A DNA stretch of 35,026 nt from Fidelibacterota bacterium (GTDB lineage Bacteria > Fidelibacterota > UBA2242): positions 1-35,026 of the forward strand of contig JAZDEI010000292.1 in NCBI GenBank assembly GCA_043808945.1. The letters are read 5' to 3'. The position numbers and the translations under genes were made by a program. This document shows, in pieces, positions 17,431 through 28,269 of this stretch (position 1 is its first letter; every line of letters begins with the position of its first letter). A model generated the notes under the pieces. The model searched no databases. It worked only from the letters and a program-made list of their open reading frames with translations, and was not told where the DNA came from.

Positions 17431-18330
17431 TCAAACGATGAAATATAATGCCACGCCGCCAACGGCGATGACTGCTCCGGTTATTTCCCGGAATGTCACT
17501 TTCTCCTTGAGAATCAGAATCGCCAGAGGGATGATTAACACCGGCACGATCGACATGATGGTCGAAGCAATCCCGGCCGCCGTGTGTTGAACGGCATACA
17601 ACGACAGCGAAACCCCCAGAAAAGGTCCGAAGAACGCGCCTATCGTCGTATATTTCAATGCATTCAGGTTACGGACAGACTGCATGAATTGCGGAACCCG
17701 CCGTAACACTAACAATACTATACCAAAGCCCAGTACACCGGTAATGACGCGAATCTGGGTTGCGGCAAAGGCGTTATAATTGCCCATGCCATATTTGCTG
17801 AGGATCAGACCGACGGCCTGCCCCACTGCTCCGCCAAACGCGCACAAAATGCCGGATATCGGATGCGAAAATTTCAACGCGCCGTTGGTTTCGTTGCGCT
17901 CAATAACTACGATAGCAACTCCGGATAGGGTCAGGATCATCGCCAGAATCTCCCTGTGATTCATCGTTTCGCCAAGGAACAGCCAACTGATAACGGCAGT
18001 AATCGGCGGCACTAATGACATTACCAGCATCGAAATGCGTGCTCCGACGATTATATAGGCCCGGAACAGAAAATAATCACCAATCACGAAACCGATCAGA
18101 CCGGATAACGAAAGCCAGATCCAGGCGTGTAATCCGGCCGCCAGTGGCACGAACTGATGCCGGAAAATGCCATTTAAAAGACTCAGAAAAATGAAGGCTA
18201 ACACAAGCCGGATGAAATTTACCTGCAAGGAACCGATCTTCTTGCTGGCCGCCTCGAATGAAAGCGAGGTAAACGACCAGCACATTGCCGTCAACAGCGC
18301 TGCTAATTCTCCCATATGCGTCGCTGACAT
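17431..18330 (-). CDS. EamA/DMT-family transporter (10 TM)
   Basis: 299 aa, wholly hydrophobic. The two halves look alike, as is typical of duplicated EamA domains (…LFLGETMNHREILAMILTLSGVAIVV… / …ILKEKVTFREITGAVIAVGGVALYF). Confidence 0.8.
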   Translation of the reverse strand: MSATHMGELAALLTAMCWSFTSLSFEAASKKIGSLQVNFIRLVLAFIFLSLLNGIFRHQFVPLAAGLHAWIWLSLSGLIGFVIGDYFLFRAYIIVGARISMLVMSLVPPITAVISWLFLGETMNHREILAMILTLSGVAIVVIERNETNGALKFSHPISGILCAFGGAVGQAVGLILSKYGMGNYNAFAATQIRVITGVLGFGIVLLVLRRVPQFMQSVRNLNALKYTTIGAFFGPFLGVSLSLYAVQHTAAGIASTIMSIVPVLIIPLAILILKEKVTFREITGAVIAVGGVALYFIV

Positions 18331-18379
18331 TTCGATTCTTACCTTATCCTATTTTTCCCAAATTTCCTGTTGATATCCG

Positions 18380-18417
18380 AAAATAAAATCGGCGCGACCG
18401 AAATCCGACCGCGCCGA
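18380..18417 (-). terminator. Rho-independent terminator downstream of hppA
   Basis: The minus strand reads TCGGCGCGGTCG-GATTT-CGGTCGCGCCGA. This is a 12-bp stem including 2 G-U pairs, followed by TTTTATTTT. Confidence 0.8.
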
Positions 18418-18435
18418 CTTATCTATAAAATTAAA

Positions 18436-20718
<2,283 letters not shown>

Positions 20719-20820
20719 ACAGCAATAACCTCCTTTGAGATTTTCCTGAAATCTTTAAACAATAATCCGATTTCAATTTTTCTTTTTACTAAAAATAATC
20801 ACTATAAAAATAACGGCGGA

Positions 20821-20849
20821 AATATAGAGCTAATCCGGCAAATTCTCAA
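20821..20849 (-). promoter_or_regulatory. Putative sigma70-type promoter of hppA
   Basis: Minus strand: TTGAGA (20849-20844), a 17-nt spacer, then TATATT (20826-20821). This implies a 5' UTR of roughly 95 nt. Pattern only. Confidence 0.3.
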
Positions 20850-21020
20850 AATATTCCGTGGAAATTTTCTATAATTGAATGTTGTTTAATACAGCTATTT
20901 TTACAACCTTGTGAAGGTTGTATTTTTACCATCTACGAGGTACTCCGGATAACAATTCAAAATAACAATTATAAAATATCTTGTTAATCTTGTCAGAAAT
21001 ATACTTCGCATTGTTGGAGA

Positions 21021-21059
21021 TAAAATCAAAAGGGCTGCCCTGAGACAGCCCTTTTGATT
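21021..21059 (-). terminator. Rho-independent terminator downstream of gdhA
   Basis: A perfect 14-bp stem (AATCAAAAGGGCTG / CAGCCCTTTTGATT, 21024-21059) with an 8-nt loop. On the minus strand it runs into a T-rich TTTTAT stretch. It lies 17 nt after the gdhA stop. Confidence 0.8.
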
Positions 21060-21076
21060 GGCACTGATATAAAAAC

Positions 21077-22420
21077 TCAGACGATGCCCTGGGCCAGCAT
21101 GGCTTCAGCGACTTTTTTAAAGCCGGCGATGTTAGCGCCTTTGGCATAATTGCCGGGATCGCCAACGGCTGCAGCCGCGTCGAGACACTGACTGTGAATG
21201 CTTTTCATGATCCACTTCAGACGGTGATCGACTTCTTCGGCCGGCCAGGCCAGCCGCTCGGAATTCTGCGACATTTCCAGACCTGAAACCGCGACGCCAC
21301 CGGCGTTGACGGCTTTTCCGGGGCCGTACATAATATTCTTATTCAACAGGTGAAAAGCTTCGGCTGTGCAGCCCATATTCGAACCTTCCGCTACGATTTT
21401 ACAGCCGTTCTTCAGCAGGTTTTGGGCATTCGCCAGGTCCAATTCATTCTGGAAGGCGCATGGAATGGCGATGTCCATTTTAGCCACGTCCCACGGCCGG
21501 GCATTCGGGTAGAATTTCACGCCGAATTTATCGGCATAATCTTTCACTACGTCGCGACCGCTGGTTCGCATTTCCAGCATGTAGTCCCATTTCTCCTGAG
21601 TTCCGATGCCATCCGGATCGATGATGCAACCGTCAGGCCCGGACAGCGAAATGACTTTCGCGCCAAGCGCAGTGGCTTTTTGGGCGACGCCCCAGGCCAC
21701 ATTACCAAAACCGGAAATGCCGATGACTTTGCCGGCGATGTCCTCACCTTTGGTTTTGAGCATTTCTTCCACAAAATAGACCGCGCCATAACCGGTAGCT
21801 TCCGGTCGCAGAATACTGCCGCCGAATGCCAAACCCTTGCCGGTCAGGGTCGCCGTGTCAGATTGATTCCGGATGCGTTTATATTGCCCGTAGAGATAGC
21901 CGATTTCACGGCCGCCTACGCCGACATCTCCGGCTGGAACATCCACGTGCCCGCCGATGTGCCGGTAAAGTTCGGTCATAAAACTCTGGCAGAAGCGCAT
22001 AACTTCGTTGTCGGACTTGCCGGTTGGGTTGAAATCCGAGCCGCCTTTTCCGCCGCCCATCGGTAGAGTCGTCAGTGCATTCTTGAAAATCTGTTCAAAG
22101 GCCAGAAACTTCAACATGCTGAGTGTGACCGACGGATGAAAGCGCAGACCGCCTTTGTAGGGGCCGATGGCGCTGTTAAACTGAACCCGGAATCCGCGAT
22201 TGACCTGGACTTCGCCCCGGTCGTCGATCCAACTGACCCGGAATGTAACAATTCTCTCCGGCTCGACAATCCGTTCCAGTATTTTGGCCTGTTTATACTT
22301 GGGATTACGTTCTACAAATTCCTCCAGCGATTCGAGTACTTCCGTAGCGGCTTGTAAAAATTCCTTTTCCCACGGGTACCGAGTCTGAAGACTTTCAACT
22401 ACTGAACTGACATAACTCAT
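21077..22420 (-). CDS. gdhA: NAD(P)-specific glutamate dehydrogenase
   Basis: Motif: LKFLAFEQIFKNALTTLPMGGGKGGSDFNPTGKS. I place the start at ATG 22420 (MSYVSSVVESL...), which has GGAGG 4 nt upstream. The track start at 22462 adds 14 residues and has no RBS. Confidence 0.95.
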   Translation of the reverse strand: MSYVSSVVESLQTRYPWEKEFLQAATEVLESLEEFVERNPKYKQAKILERIVEPERIVTFRVSWIDDRGEVQVNRGFRVQFNSAIGPYKGGLRFHPSVTLSMLKFLAFEQIFKNALTTLPMGGGKGGSDFNPTGKSDNEVMRFCQSFMTELYRHIGGHVDVPAGDVGVGGREIGYLYGQYKRIRNQSDTATLTGKGLAFGGSILRPEATGYGAVYFVEEMLKTKGEDIAGKVIGISGFGNVAWGVAQKATALGAKVISLSGPDGCIIDPDGIGTQEKWDYMLEMRTSGRDVVKDYADKFGVKFYPNARPWDVAKMDIAIPCAFQNELDLANAQNLLKNGCKIVAEGSNMGCTAEAFHLLNKNIMYGPGKAVNAGGVAVSGLEMSQNSERLAWPAEEVDHRLKWIMKSIHSQCLDAAAAVGDPGNYAKGANIAGFKKVAEAMLAQGIV

Positions 22421-22729
22421 TTGACCTCCATAGAGTTTCGATGATATATTTTGGTGATCCATCCGTTGGCATTTCTGCCATAGATATTCTTTTCTTTTGT
22501 TGTTGAGGCATTGGTTGCAATCCGAAGATCATAACTGGTGCCAAATTAATGAATATTTCTCAAAAAGGTGAGTAAAATATTTAAAGTCACTCCCAATAAA
22601 TCTATTGGAGCCACCAATCAATTACCTGATATATTTTATCTGTCATACGGAATAACTTAAGATTCCGCCACTAATCCAGCCGACAATTAAAATAAATGGC
22701 ATTATCAAACCGGTTTATAAATTAAATTA

Positions 22730-23179
22730 TTATTCCTTATTTGAACCGCTGTTTTTCTGCAAAATGACAAAAATGCCCAGCACAATCAATAAAGCCGGAA
22801 CGAAGAATTTGAAGATATTCCTCATCATCATCCGAAAAATATCTAACGGCCACCAGAATTGGTGGGCAATTATCAGTACGCCGACTAAGATCAGAACGAT
22901 TCCCCAGAATAAGCGCAGATTTTGCGGTTGAACAGGCGGATTGGTCTGCGCTTGGGTTGCGGGCATTGCGGCGGCTGACTCTGGTTCAGCACTATTTTCC
23001 GAAGTAAAGGGAATAATGATCCAGGCCAGAATATAAGCCAACACGCCTACTCCGCCGAAAACTATCAGAACGATCCAGATCAGGCGTACGATTACCGGAT
23101 CGACTTCGAAATATTCTGCCAGGCCTCCGCAGACCCCGGCAAGGATTCTCTGCTTTTTACTACGATAAAGTTTCTTCAT
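22730..23179 (-). CDS. PspC domain-containing membrane protein
   Basis: 149 aa. The PspC signature is KKQRILAGVCGGLAEYFEVDPVIVRLIWIVLIVFGGVGVLAYILAWIIIP, and additional TM helices follow. Confidence 0.8.
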   Translation of the reverse strand: MKKLYRSKKQRILAGVCGGLAEYFEVDPVIVRLIWIVLIVFGGVGVLAYILAWIIIPFTSENSAEPESAAAMPATQAQTNPPVQPQNLRLFWGIVLILVGVLIIAHQFWWPLDIFRMMMRNIFKFFVPALLIVLGIFVILQKNSGSNKE

Positions 23180-23193
23180 CGGAATGCCTCCTA

Positions 23194-23937
23194 TTATTTT
23201 AAATGATTTTGAATGAATGCCTGAGATTCACCGACCAGTTCCGGATGTTTACGCAAGGATTTGGAAACCAGATCGACAATCCTGAGCGGCTCCGGTATAC
23301 GATATTTACCCCTGAACTTCTGCATAATCGCCAATGCCGAGGCGACATCCATGCGGTGTCCGGGCGAAATAAAGATCGGTTTCGTGTTATTCTTAGTTCG
23401 CAATACGGCCCCGATAATTGTATTGTTGCTCGTTAATGCACTGGCCGCACCTGATCGATTGGCGGGTTCCGAATATTCACCGAACAATCTCGATTTGGCA
23501 CAACCAATCGCGGGTAGGTTGAAGATTACCCCGAGATGAGCGGCCAATCCGATACCGCGTGGATGAGCGATACCGGCACCATCAACCAGCAGCAAATCCG
23601 GTCTTTCCGGCAATTGCCGGAAAAGCGGCAACAAAATCGGAATTTCCCGAAAACTCAGGTAGCCGGGCATATAAGGAAAGTCAACTCTGGAGATTTCCGT
23701 ATAAATCCGCTCGATCCGGCAATCATACCTCGCCGACTGAGAATCAAATGCGACCGAAAAACATCCCAGAACGGCATAGCCGGAATGATCGAAACGCCCA
23801 TATGAGACATCCACTGCACAAACTGTGACAATCCTGGCTGTAAATTCCTCCAAAACGATGCGTTTGGCAAGTTTCATCTGAGTAGCCTTGGCCTGTTGAA
23901 ACGAGACCCGCCAGGGATGATCCGTTACCGTTTCCAT
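23194..23937 (-). CDS. nfi: Endonuclease V (deoxyinosine 3' endonuclease)
   Basis: 247 aa. Motifs are CAVDVSY, PYMPGYLSFREIP and LLVDGAGIAHPRGIGLAAHLGV. Confidence 0.9.
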   Translation of the reverse strand: METVTDHPWRVSFQQAKATQMKLAKRIVLEEFTARIVTVCAVDVSYGRFDHSGYAVLGCFSVAFDSQSARYDCRIERIYTEISRVDFPYMPGYLSFREIPILLPLFRQLPERPDLLLVDGAGIAHPRGIGLAAHLGVIFNLPAIGCAKSRLFGEYSEPANRSGAASALTSNNTIIGAVLRTKNNTKPIFISPGHRMDVASALAIMQKFRGKYRIPEPLRIVDLVSKSLRKHPELVGESQAFIQNHLK

Positions 23938-23938
23938 T

Positions 23939-24688
23939 TTATAAATTCTGATTGGCGATCAGGTTAATAAAATTGCGGACGATCCGGGCGTTTTTCGGTA
24001 AGGATTTATTATTTTGCAGAGCGATTTCAGGGGCAGGAATATGCAGAGGGTTGCGCAGATGTTGTTTGGCAAGCAACGGTATATTTTTCAATAAATAATG
24101 GCGCATGATCTTTTTATTATATTCCGGGTGAAATTGGGTCGTGTATATGAAATTATCGTAGCGGGTTGCCTGATATTCTACAAGATCGTTCCAGGCAAGC
24201 CGGATAAAATCCGGCGCAGGTTGCGAAACCACATCGGAATGCGAAGCATAAACCTGGATTTTACTACCGCCCAGATCGTGGAAAACCGGATCAACGAAGC
24301 CTTGCATGGTAAGATTAATGGTCACTACACCCATTTCCGTTCCCAGCGGATTCGTAATAATGACGCCACCCATTATCTTATGAATCAGCTGATGCCCAAA
24401 GCAAATCCCAAGAGTAAAGATTCTCTGTGCCAGTAATCGTTCCACCACTCGTTCCATTCCGCTGTAAAATGCGTAGAACTGGGTCAGCGAAGAGTGCGCA
24501 CCGGTGATAATGATGCCCTGATAATTGCCGATCTTTTCCGGTTCGACGTCGGCGACCGGTTTTATTTTCCAGGTTATATCGGCATCGCCGCCAGTCTTTT
24601 TAATCCAGACATCAAAGTCACCCGATTCGGCTTTCAGATCAGGATAAGTCGAACCGGTTTTGATGATCAGAATTACAGGCGGCTTCAT
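23939..24688 (-). CDS. Class I glutamine amidotransferase-like protein
   Basis: 249 aa. The nucleophile elbow is LGICFGHQLI, and the His/Glu region is TQFHPE. It is separated by 1 nt from the nfi start. Confidence 0.75.
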   Translation of the reverse strand: MKPPVILIIKTGSTYPDLKAESGDFDVWIKKTGGDADITWKIKPVADVEPEKIGNYQGIIITGAHSSLTQFYAFYSGMERVVERLLAQRIFTLGICFGHQLIHKIMGGVIITNPLGTEMGVVTINLTMQGFVDPVFHDLGGSKIQVYASHSDVVSQPAPDFIRLAWNDLVEYQATRYDNFIYTTQFHPEYNKKIMRHYLLKNIPLLAKQHLRNPLHIPAPEIALQNNKSLPKNARIVRNFINLIANQNL

Positions 24689-24693
24689 GCCAT

Positions 24694-26034
24694 TCAGTTG
24701 AAATACTTTTCTACTTTTTGAATTAGAGCAGGTTTTAAAAAGACGACGACTTTATCGTCCGGTAAAATCTGAGTATTGCCATTCGGGATGATGATATTGG
24801 ATTGCCGGATCACAGCCCCGATAATCATATCTTCCGGGAGATCGAGATCTTTGATCGGATGTCTAGTCACATCACTGTCAGTGCGTGGGATCAATTCGAT
24901 CGCTTCGGCTTTAATATTTTCGAATAATGAAACCGCTATGACATTACCACGGCGAATGTAACGCATGATGGCATTGACGGTCTCGACGTTTTTACTGACG
25001 ACGGCATCGATCCCGATCTTATCCATTACCGGAATATATTCGTTCGTTGTCACATGAATTATGACCCGCTTGACGCCGAGATGCTTGGCGAGTAATCCGG
25101 AGAGCAGATTGGTTTTTTCGCTGCCGGAAACCGCCACAAGACAATCTATATCTCCGATTCGCTCGGATGTCAAAAAGTCGACGTCCGTTCCATCGCCGTG
25201 CAAAACGAGCGTATCCAGCAAATCCACCGCAACCTCTTCGGCTGTTTCCCGGTTCTCTTCGATCAATTTGACGTTCATTTCACGCGACAAGACCGCGGCA
25301 ACCATACGACCGAGGCGGCCGGCGCCCAGAATCATGATTTGCTGTTGTTCATTTCTGGGATAACCGACGATCCGGGCTAAACTTGTAATATCTTCTTCCC
25401 GGGCAATAAAATAAGCGACATCGCCGCTTTGATAGATATTTTTGCCACGCGGAATGATGGTTTTCTCATCGCGATACAGTCCAAGGCACAGGAAGGGTAT
25501 ATTTTGATTACGGCTGGCAACTTCCTCCAGAGTCAGATTGGCGATGGGGCTATTCTCTTTGATTATCAGCGAAATGATCTGCAACCGGTCATCTTCAAAG
25601 GTCACCAACTTGGAAGCCGATGATTGTTCGACCAGGCGGATAATTGCATCCGCGGCGGTGCGTTCCGGGTGGATTAACAAGTCGATGCCGATATCTTTTC
25701 CGGTTATGATCGATTTGGAATGACTGAATTCCTCGCTATGAATACGAGCCAGGCATCGTTTCACGCCCATTTTTTTGGCTATTATGCAAGCCAGAATATT
25801 CGTGTCGTCACTGCCGGAAACTGCCAATAAGACATCAGCGGTCAAAACACCTGCATTTGACATTACCTGGGGACTGGAGCCGTTGTCGTGAATGACGATA
25901 GCGTCCAGGGTTTCGGTCGCGCGTCGGTAACGTTCCTGATTTTGCTCGATTATTGTGACGTTGTGATCCTCACTGATCAGACGTTTCGCCAGATAGTAAC
26001 CGACCTCTCCGGCTCCGATAATGATAATCCTCAT
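24694..26034 (-). CDS. trkA: Trk-system K+ uptake regulatory protein TrkA (two RCK units)
   Basis: 446 aa. There are two Rossmann motifs (MRIIIIGAGEVGYYLAKRL; IMILGAGRLGRMVAAVL), each followed by an RCK_C-like segment. Confidence 0.9.
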   Translation of the reverse strand: MRIIIIGAGEVGYYLAKRLISEDHNVTIIEQNQERYRRATETLDAIVIHDNGSSPQVMSNAGVLTADVLLAVSGSDDTNILACIIAKKMGVKRCLARIHSEEFSHSKSIITGKDIGIDLLIHPERTAADAIIRLVEQSSASKLVTFEDDRLQIISLIIKENSPIANLTLEEVASRNQNIPFLCLGLYRDEKTIIPRGKNIYQSGDVAYFIAREEDITSLARIVGYPRNEQQQIMILGAGRLGRMVAAVLSREMNVKLIEENRETAEEVAVDLLDTLVLHGDGTDVDFLTSERIGDIDCLVAVSGSEKTNLLSGLLAKHLGVKRVIIHVTTNEYIPVMDKIGIDAVVSKNVETVNAIMRYIRRGNVIAVSLFENIKAEAIELIPRTDSDVTRHPIKDLDLPEDMIIGAVIRQSNIIIPNGNTQILPDDKVVVFLKPALIQKVEKYFN

Positions 26035-27078
26035 TTAGTATGCTTCCAATATTTTTTTAAAAACCTCAACCGTTTCAACCATCTGGTCTCTATTAACATC
26101 CAGATGTGTCACGGCGCGCATTCTTTCATTATCGACGGCATTAAGTCCAATCCCGGTCGCCAGCAGTTTTTGCACCATCTCTCCGGTTGACAAATGCGGA
26201 TGGCGATTGTAAATCATAACCATATTGGTCTGCACCTGCTGCGGATCGATATACAGTCCATCGATTTTTGACAGTCCTTCCGCCAGCAAACGGGCATTGG
26301 CATGATCGTCTGCCAGGCGCTGAATATTATGATCAATGGCATACAGACCGGCGGCCGCCAGAATTCCGACTTGTCGCATCGCACCGCCCAGAATCTTTCT
26401 GATACGCAACGCTTTCTTAATAAACGAACTGCTGCCGCTAAGCACCGAACCGACCGGCGCTCCCAGACCTTTCGACAGACAAAGACTAACCGAATCAAAA
26501 TATTTAGCCCATTGAACAGGTGCAGTGCCCGTACTTACGACAGCATTCATAATACGAGCGCCGTCCAGATGCATCGGAATATGTCTTTCGTCGGCGACTT
26601 CGGCCAACCGCTGAATCTCTTCCAACGGATAAATTGTTCCGCCCGCACGGTTATGCGTGTTCTCTACTTCGATCAGGCGGGTCGGACCGGCGTGTATGTT
26701 ATCAGGCCGGATTGCTTTAATAACGTCCGTAAGCGCCATGACGCCGTAGCGCCCTTTAACCGGCCGGGGCATCACTAACGAATTGAAAGCCGCTCCACTG
26801 GCTTCATAAGTGTAAATGTGGCTTTCGTACTCACAGATTATTTCATCGCCGGGTTGGGTGTGACATTTGATCGCGATCTGGTTTGACATTGTCCCGCTTG
26901 GTACGAACAGCGCGGCCTCTTTACCAAGCAACTCCGCAACCCGTTCCTGGAGCAGATTGACGGTCGGATCTTCACCATAGACATCGTCGCCGACCTCGGC
27001 CCGCGCCATTGCTTCCCGCATTTCAGGAGAAGGTTTGGTAACCGTGTCACTACGAAGATCGATCCTGATTTGACTCAT
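26035..27078 (-). CDS. ltaE: Low-specificity L-threonine aldolase
   Basis: Motif: [40 protein letters not shown] place the start at ATG 27078 ([11 protein letters not shown]). The track start is a TTG at 27144, which is the TTG of the predicted -35 box. The stop abuts the trkA ATG. Confidence 0.88.
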   Translation of the reverse strand: MSQIRIDLRSDTVTKPSPEMREAMARAEVGDDVYGEDPTVNLLQERVAELLGKEAALFVPSGTMSNQIAIKCHTQPGDEIICEYESHIYTYEASGAAFNSLVMPRPVKGRYGVMALTDVIKAIRPDNIHAGPTRLIEVENTHNRAGGTIYPLEEIQRLAEVADERHIPMHLDGARIMNAVVSTGTAPVQWAKYFDSVSLCLSKGLGAPVGSVLSGSSSFIKKALRIRKILGGAMRQVGILAAAGLYAIDHNIQRLADDHANARLLAEGLSKIDGLYIDPQQVQTNMVMIYNRHPHLSTGEMVQKLLATGIGLNAVDNERMRAVTHLDVNRDQMVETVEVFKKILEAY

Positions 27079-27115
27079 ATATCCGACAATTCCTTTTTTA
27101 AAATAAAACCTGCTC

Positions 27116-27144
27116 AAATTACTTAATCCTATCCGGTTTGTCAA
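27116..27144 (-). promoter_or_regulatory. Putative sigma70-type promoter of the ltaE-trkA-...-pspC operon
   Basis: Minus strand: TTGACA (27144-27139), a 17-nt spacer, then TAATTT (27121-27116). It lies roughly 35 nt upstream of the ltaE ATG. Confidence 0.45.
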
Positions 27145-27221
27145 ATTCGGCTTGCATTTTTTAAACGATCAACACAGAATATTTCTTCCAAAATGCTTTC
27201 ATTCGTCCGAAATTACAGCCG

Positions 27222-28235
27222 ATGACGAATTCTATCAACACCGGAACATCTTATTTTGGTAGTCGCATCCTGCGTCACGTCAAAGCCGATATGCGCAAAC
27301 TTAAGTATCAGGGCTTTGATTTCGTCATACATACTTTCTCGGAATACGATTACACTTATCATCGCGGCAATATCGCGGACATTGTCGATGTCACCCATGA
27401 AAGCGGCTTAAAGGTTTATCTCGATCCATGGGGCGTCGGGAATGTCTTTGGCGGTGAGCCGTTCTCCGACTTCGTAACCGAGCATTTTCAGGACAGTTGC
27501 CAATTGCTCGACAATGGCCAGCGTGTTCACCTCGCTTGTCCGAATGCTCCGGAATTTCAGCGATTTATGCAAGACTGGTTAACGGTAGCAATTACAACCG
27601 GTGCGGATGGAATTCTATGGGATGAGCCGCATTTTCACAGCCCGAGTCATCTCAAAGGCCAATCCGGTCGCTGGGGATGCCGCTGTGAACATTGCCAGAA
27701 AATATTCATGACGAAAAACGCAAAACCACTGTCACAGATCGAAGATGATCAGGTCAGAGCCTTCAGGATCGAAAGTTTAGTCGCATTCTTAGAATCGCTG
27801 AGCGTCAGAAGCAGCGCGGCCGGTTTGCAAAATATCCTGTTCCTAACGGCCGACCAGCCGGCGGAAACCGTTTATCGGGACTGGCAGCACTATGCAAAAA
27901 TCCGATCGCTGGATGTCATATCGACCGGACCGTACTGGATGTGGGCCGGTCTGCCGCTTGAATCGGTGCGGGATTACGCTCTGATATTAAAGCGGATTGC
28001 CACCGAAAACTCTAAAGATCATTTATTCTGGATTCAATGCTGTAAAATTAAGGCTGAACGCAATGCCGAGATCAGGCAGGCGATCGAAATGGCTCACCAG
28101 TCCGGAATGTGCAATTTCGCCTTATGGGGTTTCGAGGGTTGCGCGGCCGAATCCTGGATTGCCTGCGATAATCCGGCACAGGCCTGGCGAACTGCAATCA
28201 GTGCGTTCAATTCATTAAAGCACAAATTAACTTGA
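27222..28235 (+). CDS. Hypothetical TIM-barrel glycoside-hydrolase-like protein (clan GH-A, GH42-like catalytic-domain-only, with a Cys4 motif)
   Basis: 337 aa. The segment ILWDEPHF (Glu135) resembles the NE[P/Y] acid/base strand of clan GH-A. Cys106 (HLACPNAP) together with C153-x-C155-x2-C158 (WGCRCEHCQ) resembles the Zn-binding Cys cluster described for GH42 beta-galactosidases. I cannot see a trimerisation or C-terminal domain, and no confident nucleophile Glu. Confidence 0.45.
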   Translation: MTNSINTGTSYFGSRILRHVKADMRKLKYQGFDFVIHTFSEYDYTYHRGNIADIVDVTHESGLKVYLDPWGVGNVFGGEPFSDFVTEHFQDSCQLLDNGQRVHLACPNAPEFQRFMQDWLTVAITTGADGILWDEPHFHSPSHLKGQSGRWGCRCEHCQKIFMTKNAKPLSQIEDDQVRAFRIESLVAFLESLSVRSSAAGLQNILFLTADQPAETVYRDWQHYAKIRSLDVISTGPYWMWAGLPLESVRDYALILKRIATENSKDHLFWIQCCKIKAERNAEIRQAIEMAHQSGMCNFALWGFEGCAAESWIACDNPAQAWRTAISAFNSLKHKLT

Positions 28236-28269
28236 AATTTTAATCAAACAATCCTAAAATGCCATCATT

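Noticed and set aside
20926-21165. 79-aa minus-strand ORF downstream of gdhA
   Set aside because: It starts inside the gdhA 3' end in another frame and reads straight through the 14-bp-stem terminator. It has no RBS.
21350-22066. 238-aa plus-strand ORF
   Set aside because: It lies entirely antisense to gdhA, whose identity is unambiguous (the GGGKGG motif and other family features). It has no RBS and no motif.
22516-22543. Sigma-54-like TGGCAC ... TTGCA on the minus strand upstream of gdhA
   Set aside because: The two elements are about 17 nt apart. A -24/-12 promoter requires roughly 5 nt between them, so this is not an RpoN promoter.
22648-22667. Hairpin CGGAAT-cttaagtt-ATTCCG downstream of the PspC-domain gene, considered as a terminator
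   Set aside because: The stem is only 6 bp and no U tract follows it on the minus strand, so I cannot support calling it a terminator.
27079-27144. N-terminal extensions in the ORF track: ltaE from TTG 27144, ribE to 12922, gdhA to 22462, the M20 peptidase to 15463
   Set aside because: In each case an internal ATG gives the canonical family N-terminus. That ATG either has a proper SD (AGGAGG/GGAGG for the M20 peptidase and gdhA) or is stop-start coupled (ribE). The ltaE TTG is the TTG of the predicted -35 hexamer.
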